Source: Hypanus sabinus (lineage: Eukaryota). Taken from it: 64,000 nt of DNA. The translations under genes and the position numbers were made by a program. Of the stretch, positions 52,079 to 64,000 are shown one piece after another. Location of the stretch: NCBI RefSeq assembly GCF_030144855.1, contig NC_082730.1, positions 36,952,001 to 37,016,000 on the forward strand, read 5' to 3'. Each line of letters opens with the position of its first letter. Position 1 is the first letter of the stretch. The notes beneath the pieces were generated by a model. The model ran no database searches. It had not been told where the DNA came from and saw only the letters and a program-made list of their open reading frames with translations.

Positions 52079-55000
52079 TTTTGTGTGTGTTACTTGGATT
52101 TCCAGCATCTGAAGATTTTCTCTTGTTTTTGAAGTTCATTATTTTGTTGCTATTTAATATAAGCTGTAAACAATATAAAAGAATGTGGTTCTTAGCCACT
52201 GTATGATTCAGTGTGTTTAGAACTCTTTGGTCTTGAATCAGACCAATGTCAGTTTCAACAATGTGGTGTTGCAATGCTAACCACAGGAAATCTGCTAGCA
52301 GAATCTATCTTATTTTATACTCCACTGACTTTAACGATTTATGACATTTTTTTTGTGAAAGCTGCAGCGTGTTCATGAGAATGAAAATAACTTTTCTTAT
52401 CTAAAATTGACTCACTGAGTTCGGGATGGCACCCCAGTGAGGACATCGTGCTATCTGTCAATGTAAGAAATTGAGAATTCGCGTGATTGAAATCTTATCT
52501 GTACTTTGAAGCACTGTGTCCAGGGCTTTATAATTAAAATAATTGAAATTAAAGGGATGAGGGAGGCATCAATCAAACATACTGGAAGTAGAAGGAACAA
52601 TAAATTCTTCAGAAATAGAAGGGGACAAAGAGTGCATTAACAATAACTAGTCATTAACAATAACATTACTAAAGGCAAAATTGGACTAAGTAATAGGAAC
52701 CATAAACCAACCAGGTTGGCATTAAAACCCATTCAGTCTACCAGTGTAAATCAGGGAGGAAAATCTGCCATCCTTACCAGGACCGGCCTATCTATCGTCC
52801 CAGACCCATCGATATGATTGATTCTTAATTCCTTTAACTACTGGAAATGGACAACAATTATTGATATTTGCAAAGGCATCCACATCCCATGAGCATTCCT
52901 TTGATAATTAAAGAGACAAAACAACAAACAAAAAGCAAGATATCGAGACTGAGGATTTTCTTTTTGTGTCTAAGATAATGTCACCTTCTCCTTTAAGCTT
53001 TGAATCTGAACCAGGCATATGTTTGTTTACAATAATTTAGTTATGTAACCTTTTGTCCAATCCCTAGCCATTGTTTAATATTTCTCAAAGTAAAATATTA
53101 TTACTTGTATGATGGCATTGACTACGAAGTTGTAAACTCACACAAAGTCCTTAAGCTCTATCAGACATAAATAGTTATGTCTGCAATCTAACTATGCAAT
53201 GTTCAAACACTAGTTCACTTCCCTGTTTATACACCATGCTGATAGTGATACCCAATATCTCTCCCTGCCAAGGAGAAGTGGCTTTCAGCTAGCAATCTAG
53301 TTTAAAGCACAGTTCATTTCTTTTCAGTAATATATGTTTACATCCAAACAACACTCTTAAAACATATTTAAAACTCGCAGAGAATTTCTATCTAAAACAT
53401 TTCCAAATTCCAAACCACTTCTAACACACAAACGTTTTCTAAAATGCAGACCATTTCTCAAATAAAAAGGATTTCCAAAACACGGGTAAAATTTTTATAA
53501 ATTAAAAAGACATACCAGCAAGATGCAGATGAACCAATCATTTGTCAAAGAAATCAAAGTCCATGCTTATCCCATTTATCTTGATGTCCCTTACTCCATT
53601 CCTACTAAGTCTGGACTGATGTCTATATTTATACCATTTTCTCTTCCACTTGGACTTTCTCTTCATATGCATATGATACTTCCTCAGATATAAAACATCT
53701 CTGAGACATAGATCTCAGCTATTTCCACCTAATGCTTTAAAACTAACTTCCTTGAGTACATAAAACTCCCAATATCAGTAGATATGCTAAATTACATCCT
53801 TCTGGTTTGCAAGCTTCCTTGAACTAAGCAACTTAAAGTCAGTTTGTCTGTTTTGAAGCAAGCTAAATTAAAAACCCATTGTCTTGTACTGCACCTTGAC
53901 TAGTAAGAAACCAGGCGCAGTAAACTTCTGCAGACAAAGCATCTGCATATCTGTATTCAAACAATAAATAGTTGTCATTTCAAACTGATTACTGCCTTCC
54001 ATTTACATTTTAAGAACTCAGGACTGCTCCTATTTATGGCAAGATATTAAACAAAGCAATCTAATTTGGAAGTTTCCCTATAACTTTGCAATCTTATAAG
54101 TGGCAGCTGCTGTGTTTAGAAAACTAAGGAATGAATATCCATCACACTTGCTCAGATTGCTGGGTTGCAAATGCATCCTCCGATCATATTTTCTCTTTGA
54201 TACAGAGCTGATGGTTGTCTGACAGAGGTTTGCAGATTATATTGCCAAATCCAAGCAGTTTTTTCAATACACCCTAGGGTATCTTAAAAAAAGTAATTGT
54301 TTGACAAAGCAATGACTGATTGTGTACCACCAATAGATATACAAATTGATATGAACATTAATTTGATCACGATTTGGAAAGGTTAACTATTATCTATTTA
54401 TTGTAGATTAAGTTGTTGTCAGTTTATTTAGTTTTAATAAATAAACTGACAGAGCTTCATAGACCACACAAATATCCAAATGACAATTAATGCTAATGCT
54501 ATATTTTCACATTTTATTCCACACTTCAATTCACTTATTTGTTTTGCTTCTTTGTATTTTCAAAGAAAAAGTGATAACCCTTATAGTATTGAATGTCTGT
54601 AAAGACCTCCAGCTGTTGGCTTATAAAGAAGAAAATAAAATAACCATTTTACTAGAAGATGAACTTATGCAATCCTGCAGGGTGGCCCTAATTTTCTGCA
54701 CGAGTCCTCAGTATTACTTCAAAGCAAAATTGGCAACCTGTATAGAGAGCCAATATATGATGTGAAACTCTGGTGCTATGGCCTTGTTGTGGTTTTGTGG
54801 TTCCTTGACTTCTGATGTCTGGATTCTAAGTGAAACTGCTTTTCAGACTGTTCATGCAGAGGAGTGCTCGGCCTGGATGTGTTATAAGCTTTGTAAGTCA
54901 GGGTTTCCACCTCAATTGTTGTGAAATTATGGTGATAGAGTGGTGGCAGTCACAAGGAAATATCTTGTAGAAAAATAGATTCAGACATAAAAAGGACTCA

Positions 55001-57503
55001 ATTTCAAAAGAAACTGAATCTTTGCTGCTGTTTGCAATAGATTTTCAACTTACTTTATATTATTCAGCTGTTCAATTTATTTTTGCAGAATTTTCTGATG
55101 TGGATTTCAACAAAAGAAATGAAAGTAATCATATTTCAGATTAATGTTGAACTTGAGACTTGCCATTATATACTTTAAAAAAGTAATGTTACCTAATGTG
55201 TAATAACATCACAGATAATTTTGGCAAGCATTACACCAAGGCAAAGGGCTTTGCACTTTGAAATACATTTTGTATCAATATATAAATATTGAATGCAGGA
55301 ATGTATAAATCAAAATAATTAGTATTTATCTTATATTTGTTGCAGAGTGCACTCTCACCTCTAGCTGATGGTAGATTGGTTATACCAGACCTTATCCTCT
55401 CCAATATATAAATAGGGTTAAGTTAGACCTACATATAGTTGTAAGGCAAACTTCAGGAAAATAATTAAATTCTACAAATGGAGTGCTTGTCAGATTGGAT
55501 TTTACTTTCCTGTCCAGTTATGCCAGTCTGGATGCGTACGTGCTGGATGCTTATAAAGTTCTCTTGATGATTGCTGGTAATAGGAAAAGAGATTCTCTGG
55601 AGAAGTTATTTGACTGCTTGTTCCAGACTCAGTTCCTAATAAGAGAAGCCAGATAGTATAAAATCTACTTACATACAGTATTTCAATTTGCAGTTTTGTT
55701 CACTTTTGGTTTTTAATGACATATATCTATATATTTTTTATATAACTTGAAGCATTTTTTTTGTATATTATGGATGGCCAAACCACCTCTTGTAGGCTAC
55801 ACATGGGTCTTTTACAGTTCAAATATGGCTTTCAGAGATGCACAACGAAGATGTAATTCGAGCTTTAACTCTGTAAATTGGGAGATATGCTTCTGGGAGC
55901 AATTATGTTCAGCACAGTTTAATCTAGGCAGCTGCTGGCAGGATATGTTGGTCTGGGACTATTGCTGTAAATGGCCACATTCGGTCATTGTACTGAGGAC
56001 AAAAAGTAATGTGCTTGTGATTTCTCTGCAAATAGTTCTGCAGAAAACAGCCTGTGTAATATGAGCTGGAGTCTACTGAGAAGTTTACCAAGAACTATTA
56101 GTCACCCTACATTAATATTGTGGATGATAATCACCCTATTATATTATAAAACAAATGTAGGAACAAAAGAAAGTAATTTTAAACCAGAATGGGAATATGA
56201 TTGTGGATCCACTATTAAGAGTTAAGGTTCTGTCACTTATTTGCAAAACAACTCTAACTACAAGTGAACAACTTAGAACATCACCACAAAAATAAACTTT
56301 TTAAATAAAGTTTTTATTTAAATGTCTTACAAACTTTATCAATAGTTACCCAAGCCAGTGGACATTAATTGCAACATTCTAAAAGGAAGCTAATAGAGAA
56401 AAAATAATTATTGTTACATTATTTCCAATAACCTGTTAGATTTTGGATATCCACAGATTGATGGTGAATTTGTTACGAATGCTACAGAACTGCAATTTAG
56501 CACAAAAATAATACAAAACTAGTGATTCCAAAATCCAAAATATGGCTAACAAGAATGAAGGCTCACAAGGCCTTTAGGGTTTAACATTAATTTGTCAGTA
56601 TGTTTTATGTTTTTCTTTAAATTCTATATATAAAAACATGCATAGAAATTGTGTGGCTTTGGGTGATAGTAGTTGATGCCTCTTCAAGGAAGATACATAT
56701 CTTTGTTGTCAAGCACTTCACCTTTTGCATCTCTGGCTTATTGTGCAAGGCATGTCTTCTGAGTCATTTCTAATAATGACCAGAGTTTGACAGTTCAATA
56801 TAAGATATAGCAAGTTCCATTTATCTATTTATGGAAGAGCCCCTAAGAGGTTTAGAATGATGCAGTCATATAATTATGAGGAATATGGAACAAAAAGAAA
56901 TTCACAAAAGTGAAGGCTGAAAAAGACCAGCAGTCTATTAAGTCTGTTTCTTTTGCTGTAGTGTTGCTGATTTGCAAGCTAGTTCCCACCTGCTTCTGCC
57001 AACATTCATCAGTCTACTAGGAGAGTCAAAAAATATACTTTTTGAAACTACTTGCCATGATTGCAGCTTTCTTTTTCAGGAATTTCACACTGTTATTAAA
57101 GGGATGATTCTTAGACAACTGCCTCTGAGGAATGCTTCATTCTGCACAATGTACAAGAATTGCTGCATTAGCATCTCAATAATTAATCTAACATGATCAA
57201 AGATCATCAGATGAATCATTCCTTAGTTTTTACAAATATATTTATAAGATGCATAAATTAGCTTTGGAACACTCTGCACATAGTCCAAATCATTACCTGA
57301 GCCAAATCAATTAAAAAAAAGGACATCAGAATATAGATAATCTCAAATGGACAATGTCACATTTAAATAAAATTGTCTGTGCAGGTATATTAACTAAAAT
57401 TACATGACTTAACCACCATTATCATGTGTATATACAAGGTAATCTAGGGGTTACAGAATAAACAAAAACTTGTTTAAGCAAGCACTATAATTTGATCATC
57501 TAA

Positions 57504-57625
57504 TCAAGTTCAAGTTCAAGTCTAATTGTCATTCAACCATGCATGGATACCCATGAATACAGCCAAATGAAAGAACGTTACTCCAGGGCTTAGGTGCAAG
57601 ACACAGCACCAACAGTCATATACAT
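57504..57625 (-). mobile_element. LINE 3' tail fragment (Rex1-type)
   Basis: tcaagttcaagttcaag tandem tail then aattgtcatt, similar to the 36095 end. Confidence 0.55.
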
Positions 57626-58884
57626 CAGAATTTGCATAAATATTGCTTCATTGTATTAAAAGACTGTATCATCATTTAGATTTTGCTCTTGTGCTATCAG
57701 GCTAATATCTTCATTTGTCGGATACTTTACAGGAAAGGAATAAGCTATATTTAAAGACTAAAGTTTAATTCAATATGAAATCAAAAAGGGTAAAACTGAA
57801 AATGCATAGATGCCGCAGGACAATGGCTTTGCTCAATAACCTATGATGAGCTATCATTCATCTTGACAATAACAGGATTGCTAGGGTTAAGAAAATAGAC
57901 AAAAAAGTGAATGGTTTTAATATATTTTGGCCTTTCATGGAATTACATTGAAAAGACAGACATTACTTTGGCCCACTTCCCAGCTGTGAAGACACAGATT
58001 GAGAAGGAAGCAAACCTTTTTCAATGGAGAATTGAGATACAGTTCTTGACCCAGAAATGTAAGCTAAAAATTTAAAAGAAGAATTTTACTGTTGTAATTA
58101 TCAAATAGAAATCAATTAAAATTATAAGAAATTATGCTTATGGTCAAGAGCTTTCTTTGTAATGTGTTTAAATGGAAAAAAGATAGATTACATGAGATGA
58201 GAGACTATGAGAAAGAGTGGAAAAGAATAAGCTGTGTTCATTAACATTGGCAGAAATAAAGTTAACTGTATTTGTCTGAGCTGTGTTAAAGCTCTAACTG
58301 ATGCACAACAGCATTTCCTGCAACCTTTCGATCTCCTCCAGCCTTGCTGGCAGTTTCTAAGCTTCAAAGTTGTGTAGTGATCTAATATTTCTCTCACACT
58401 CATTCTACAAACTCACAGGTGTTCCTGAAACCTGGAGTCAATCCAAAATATTCTAATGAGATTCCGGGGAATTTGTGTCAGTCAAGCAAAAAATATGTTA
58501 AGTTCTACATCTGGTTGGATTCAGTCCCAATCAGTAAATCCATGCTTTACTGCCAGGACCCACTGTTGCAATTTATTGGAGAGAAGCCTTTTTTAAAATC
58601 AGGATGAAATCCCAGGTTCTATTCAACAATCTCAGAAGATCAAATAGGGAAGCATTCAGAGGAAAACTGCCAAGACAAGAAAGCTCATTGCATAATTTAA
58701 TGGAAAAGAGGCGATATGAGAAAAATGGATAAAAATGATTAAGATTTCAATAACAGATGAAAGCTAAACAAGAAACGGATTTTCTGGAGAATCAGCAATG
58801 TTTGCTTACTGACATGTTTAAAAATAAAAATAAAAAGCAAATATCATCTGTTCAGGTAATTAGAAATGAATTTCAGGCCTGGTT

Positions 58885-59390
58885 CCATTTAAAGTCAACA
58901 GAGGAAGAGACTTTATGGTCGACCATGTCTTCACCGAGCGCGATGCCAATCTAAATTCATTCCTTTAGCAAGTATATTATCTGCAGCTCTGAGTTACCTG
59001 TCAGTTCATGTATTTGTCCAAATGCCTCACCAGCATCACTGTTTTATATGCACCTGTCATGTCCCCAAACAGTGCATTCCAGGCACCTACAATTCACTGT
59101 GTTAAAAACTTACCTCACCTATCTCCTTTAAGCATTCACCTTCTCATTTTAAACATCCACCATGCTTTAAAACAAATCTGACTATCTACCCTGTCTATGC
59201 CCCTTATAATTTTATATACTTCTATCGAGTCAGCCTCCAATGTTACAGTGAAAACAATTTTTATTCAACCTCTCCATCCAGCTAATACTGCAATTCAGAC
59301 AACAGCCTTGTAACTGTCTTATATACCCTTCTTGAAGTCTCTCTATCCTTATAATGGGCACAGTACTCCAAAATGACTTGGCCAATAATT
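58885..59390 (-). mobile_element. Old CR1 3' fragment
   Basis: gcattccaggcacctac...ctatgccccttataattttatatacttctatc (reverse of IEVYKIIRGID). Confidence 0.65.
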
Positions 59391-60504
59391 TCCATATGAT
59401 TGAGAGTAGTGTTAATATAGTGTTAACAGATTCCATATTGTGGCAATATGCATTGAAATCAATGTTACATTTTGTAAGACTTGAAATGAGGTAGAGTGAT
59501 GACTCCAAGTGGAAAATGGCAAAAAAATTTCAGTGTTTTAAAGTTATGTTAGAGATGTGTACTAAATCTATAACAGCAGAAATTTAATATTAATCTCAAA
59601 TAATTAAAATATTATAAAAGAATGAAATTATTTCATAATTTGCTTCAATAGAGAATATAATTGGATGATAAATTGAAAATGAAATTGTTTTAAGTAAAGG
59701 GAAACAGATAATGTAACAACGATTCAATCAAAATTTCAATCAGTTATCAAAGCATTTAGATCCTTTGCATAAGATTCAAGATTGTTTAATGTCATTTCCA
59801 GTATACCAGTGTAAGGGAGAACAAAATTCTTGTTACTCTGGATCTGATGCAGCATATAAGCACACACTAAATGGAAGAACACAATAATAAACAAACATAA
59901 TAAAGATAAATACATAAACTGGCTTATATACATAGAGTGATTACACTGGACAACATTGTTTTTTCAAAACTGTTACTTCATCAGAAACTTCTTGTGATTA
60001 TGACAGACTGCTTGAACTTGAACACAGCGATAATTCCAGACTACTAGTATCATATAGGAATTAACTTTTATTGACATTAATGCACTTAATTGCATAATAT
60101 TGTTGATGCTTTACAGTAGTTCAACTAAGCTAAAAATAATTCAATGCTTTTCGTTTGTACTCAGTGTCTGAGGCTTCTGGTTTACGGGTTCAACAATAAT
60201 CAGCCATTTTTGATGGATTCCAGTTGTCCTGATACTGCTTCTCCATGACCTCCATGTCCTGGTGAAACTTTTGCTATGCTCATAACTGACAGCGCCAAGA
60301 TTTCCAGGGAAGAAGCCTAATTGGGAATATAAGCAATGAGAGGAGCCCAGGCTTTGACTTGGTTGCCAATTTTACATCCAAAGTAGAGCTCATAGAGTTT
60401 CTTAATGAGAGGAGTCATGCGCCGTCTTTGAGAGTATACTCGCCACAAATATAACAGAAAGTATCATGGCTATTGCAACATTGGGGAGACATTTTGCTAT
60501 CACA

Positions 60505-60772
60505 TGAAGATGATGATGATGATGACATCGATTTGGGCTGGAGAGGCCAGCTTCGGGTATTTTCATACCTTACAAGGCGCGGAACGAAAGACTGTGGCGT
60601 ACCACTCCTCACGCAGACATTTTGCAGTATTTTTCTTTATTTTACAAGTTGCAAGCTCAACACTCAACCCGGCACAGGTTGGAAAGCGTACTCGGGAACG
60701 GCTCGACTGGATTCGCACCTGGGAACCTCCGTTCCGGTGTCCGATGCTGATGTCACTGTGCCACCAGCCGAC
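60505..60772 (-). mobile_element. tRNA-derived SINE with (CAT)n tail nested in the Chapaev3-like element
   Basis: Minus-strand head gtcggctggTGGCACAGTGacatc...GGTGCGAATCC (A/B boxes), CpG-rich body, (GAT)5 run on +. Confidence 0.75.
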
Positions 60773-60890
60773 TTACCACAAATACACCTAAAAATCAATT
60801 ACTTCATTATAATGAGTACACACTATGTGTGGGGAGCATGCACTTCCAAATAATCACAAACTGATATCCATATAAACACAATGCATAGAA

Positions 60891-60892
60891 GT

Positions 60893-60936
<44 letters not shown>
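60891..60936. repeat. Compound microsatellite (GT)13(GA)10
   Basis: Read directly from the sequence. Confidence 0.97.
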
Positions 60937-61789
60937 TGCTTTTAAACCTTTCAGAAAGCAGTCCTGTCATACAATGTCCGCCCTGCCTGAGCATGCCTGA
61001 ATAAGATAGAACACATTACAGCTTACATTGTTGGCACATTTTAATTGACCTGAATTATGAATAGAAATAATAAACATAGGCAATTACAAAAATACGTTGT
61101 GTACATGATTGAAAAATTTCTTGGTACCTTTCATGATCTGCAGCCTGAAATCCATAAAGTACACCCTCTTCAGGAAGCAAATCCTTTGTTGTCCAGTGTT
61201 ATATATCCATAAAGTGGATGCTAGGTACAGGAATGTCTGTAAATAGTATGACTGAAAGGAAATAATAAAGCAGAGGAGGTGGGGAGTGTGGTGGGCTGTT
61301 AGTGAGTAGAGCTGTTGATTCACCTTACTACTTGTGGAAAGTAACTGTTTTTTGGGTCTGGTGTTACTGACGTTGATGCTACATAACCTCCTCCTTGATG
61401 GGAGTGGGGCAAACAGTCTATGAGCAGGGTAGGTGGGTATCTTCAAGATGTTGCTGGCACCTTTCTGGATATATCTCTTTGATGACATGCAGGGTGGTGC
61501 CAGTAATGTTTTGGGCAGAGTTGACTACCCGCTGTAAGCCCTCCTGTCTGCCAGAGTGCAGTTTCCATTCCATGCAGTGATGCAGCATGTTAGGATGCTC
61601 TCTACTGCATGTCTACAGAAGGTCATGAGAATTGATGTGCATAGTCCAGCTCTCTTTTGCCTCCTCAGGAAGTAGAGGTGTTGGTGGGATTTCTTGATTG
61701 TGTAGAATGTGACCTTGGACAACGAGACATTCTGCAAGATATGTACTCCCAGGAAAGGCAACTTACAGTTTCCACAGCTGTATCGCCAA

Positions 61790-62090
61790 TGTTCAAAATT
61801 TAAAGTAAATTTATTATCAGATTAGATATATGTCAACATATTCAACCCTGTGATTCATTTTCTTTAGAGCATACTGAATAAATCCATGATAGAATAACAA
61901 CCATAACTAAATCAATGAAAGACCACTTGGGCATTCAACCAGATTGCAAAACACAACAAACACTGCAAATACAAAAAGAAAGAAAGAAAACTAATAAATA
62001 AATAAGCAATAAATATTGAGAACATGAGATGAAGAGTCTTTGGAAGTGAGTCCACAGGTTGTGAGAACATTTCAATGGCCTGGTGGTCCT
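61790..62090 (-). mobile_element. Separate LINE 3' UTR inserted into the Rex1 element
   Basis: ttcaaaatttaaagtaaatttattatca tail and an A-rich UTR interrupt the Rex1 coding remnants on both sides. Confidence 0.6.
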
Positions 62091-64000
62091 GGCATGAATG
62101 AAGAGGGTGTGAGTGATGCCGGTTCTCTAACATCGAGCTCTCTCTTTGTCTTGTTGATATTGTTTGCCTAGCACCAGGCCTTGAGCTCTTCCACCTCCTC
62201 TCTGTAGGCCGTCTCATCGTTGCTAGTGATATTGGCAAACTTGCCAATGTGACTACTCAGTTGTGCATTCTGACTGTATGAAGACTGTCGGTTAGCAAGT
62301 CTTACATCCCTTTGCAAACCGGTGTATTGAGACCAAGGAGTATGGGCTTGTTCACCAAGGTCTCTGGGACAAGAGTGTTAGATGTCAAACTGAAATCCAG
62401 AAATGGCATTTTGACATATGTGCCCTTGTTTCCTAGGTAAGTGACAGATGATATGGCATCTGTTGTAGAACAGTTCTGTGTAAGCATATTGGTGAGTGTC
62501 CAATGTGGCAGGAATAGAGTTTGTAATCTGTGCCATTATCAGCCATTCAAAACACTTCATGTTGATTGGTGTCAATGCCACTGGATAGCAGTTGTTTAGT
62601 GCTGCAGGCGTAAAGTTCCTTGGTAGAGGGCTCTGATTAAAGGAGTTCTGGATTGGCCATGAGATGATTGTACCTAAGGTACCAACATCACCTACACACT
62701 TACAGATGTAGCCAGTGACAGATGAGGCATCTTTCTTGTCCACTTGTAGTAGCGTCTTTGAGCATCTGCCGGTAGTCCATTCAAAACAGTCCTGAAGCAT
62801 AGAGATTGCCTCATTATGCCATACATTTGTTGTTCTCTTGACTGGTTTCTCTGTTTTCAGTAGCGGTTGGTTTGCTAGGATTAACATTATAGAAACATGC
62901 TCAAACAGGCCAAGTGAGGGTTGGCTTTGTAAGCATTGCATCTGTTTGTGTAAACATGGTCTAGTTTGTTTGTTCCCCTAGTGGCCATGGTGATAAGTTG
63001 GTGGAATTTGAGTAAAATGTCCTGCAAGATAATGTGACTAAAGTCTCCTGCAATTATGAAGAGACTGTCTATTGAATGCTTGCTTTGTAAAAGGCTGATT
63101 ATAGTATAAACGTCTCCCATTGCGTCCTTGGAGTTCGTGCCCAGGGTAACGTAAAAGTGGTGATGCATAAAACAGTAAAATCCATGAACAGGTGATGTGG
63201 CCAGCATTTAATTCTATGTTGTTCAATTGCTACAGCACAGAGAGTACTGACTACAAGTGAGTTTGTGCATCAACCTTTGTTTATGAATACAAAGAGTCCA
63301 CTTCCTTTGAATTTCCCCAGCAACAGGAAGTTTCTACTGCACTGTCAAGCTGAAACAATGAATCAGGACTGTTGTTGTTTATCTACATTTCAGTGAAAAC
63401 CAGAATGCAGCAGTTTCTCATCTACTTCTATGTGTTCCTTCTCAGTCTCAGTGAGCCCATTTTATTATCTAGCAAGCAGATGTTAACCAGCAAAAGTGAT
63501 GTTACCGGCAGTCTGGTCCAGAGAGCTCTCAGCCTAGCCTCTACCTTGGCTTTTCTGCCATGTTTCTCGCATTGCCTATCTCTGAGCTCCCTTGCCTGAG
63601 GCTGCCTAGGCCAGATCACTGTCACCAGGCCTGGCGATCATAGAATCACTAGTCCATTGAGCACTGCTACTAACCCTGATGCCAAGGTATTAGAAGTAAT
63701 TTTGTCTAAGTGTTCAGTGGTGCTCTAATCGTGGAGCTTTATTTAACTGAATTCCCATAATTAATGAGAGGAATTAAAAGCTCAAAAGGCCCGAATTTGG
63801 TTGGAACACAATTCCTGTCCATTTTCCACTAAAAAAGAATACCATTTCTGATGAATCACTGATGCAACAGTGTTAAATTCCAAGGAAGATGGTGGTTGTA
63901 AAATATCTAATCAAAGTAAAAAAAAGCTTCCAAATTCTGAACATCAATAGATAGCAATATTAAATCCAAACAAATATATATTTGTCTCTTCTTCTGAGGC

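Larger units (their letters stand above)
50740..52130 (+). mobile_element. Penelope-like terminal repeat split in two (50740-50792 and 52079-52130)
   Basis: ccatagatgctgcctggcctgctgagttcctccagcattttg ... attttgtgtgtgttacttggatttccagcatctg join into one repeat; ATTTTG is duplicated. Confidence 0.75.
59944..61198 (-). mobile_element. Internally deleted Chapaev3-like (CMC superfamily) DNA transposon
   Basis: 12-bp TIRs CACTGGACAACA / TGTTGTCCAGTG, 3-bp TSD TTA (59941-59943, 61199-61201). Transposase N-terminus MSPQCCNSHDTFCYICGEYT and C-terminal ENLGAVSYEH/FHQDMEVMEKQYQDNWNPSKMADYC (frameshifted). The family name rests on the CAC termini and TWA TSD. Confidence 0.8.
59772..63630 (-). mobile_element. 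Near full-length decayed Rex1/Babar LINE with nested insertions
   Basis: From 5' to 3': GRKAKVEARLRA..SLLLVNICLLDNKM, FIIAGDFSH...TRGTNKLDHVYTN, LQDCFE...PVALTPINMKCFE, KKSHQHLYFLRR; aagattcaagatt tail. Interrupted at 59944-61198 and about 61790-62090. Confidence 0.88.

Noticed and set aside
53040-54085. Possible LTR-like segment with AGTTAT...ATAACT ends
   Set aside because: Only 6 bp of inverted match, with no convincing TSD or coding remnant.
1-64000. CRISPR arrays, operons, rRNA or true tRNA genes
   Set aside because: None seen. The dispersed repeats are irregularly spaced transposon ends, and the tRNA-like boxes belong to SINE heads.

Overview
This is AT-rich vertebrate genomic DNA, not prokaryotic. 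The repeat set (HE1/V-SINE-like SINEs, abundant CR1, Rex1/Babar and Penelope-like elements) points to an elasmobranch, probably a ray; that assignment is inference. The window appears to lie inside a + strand group III metabotropic glutamate receptor gene, best matching GRM4. Only one coding exon is recognisable: 18776-19711 (936 nt, phase 0/0), encoding the cysteine-rich domain and TM1-TM6. I could not find either neighbouring exon, which implies introns of >18 kb and >44 kb. The rest is intron filled with decayed and often nested transposons: CR1, Rex1/Babar and RTE LINEs, tRNA-derived SINEs, two solo LTRs with target-site duplications (TSDs), a Tc1 fragment, a 67-bp Tc1-type MITE and an internally deleted Chapaev3-like DNA transposon. 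Many Penelope-like (GIY-YIG) fragments are also present; their terminal repeats carry minimal hammerhead-ribozyme motifs and often sit in inverted pairs. Nearly all other ORFs in the track are transposon debris or chance. I found no convincing new biological system. The best leads are the Penelope hammerhead and inversion structures, the Chapaev3 and RTE elements (clades known for horizontal transfer), and a weak possible decayed copy of the preceding GRM exon. Family names come from remembered motifs, not database searches, and boundaries of old repeats are approximate.
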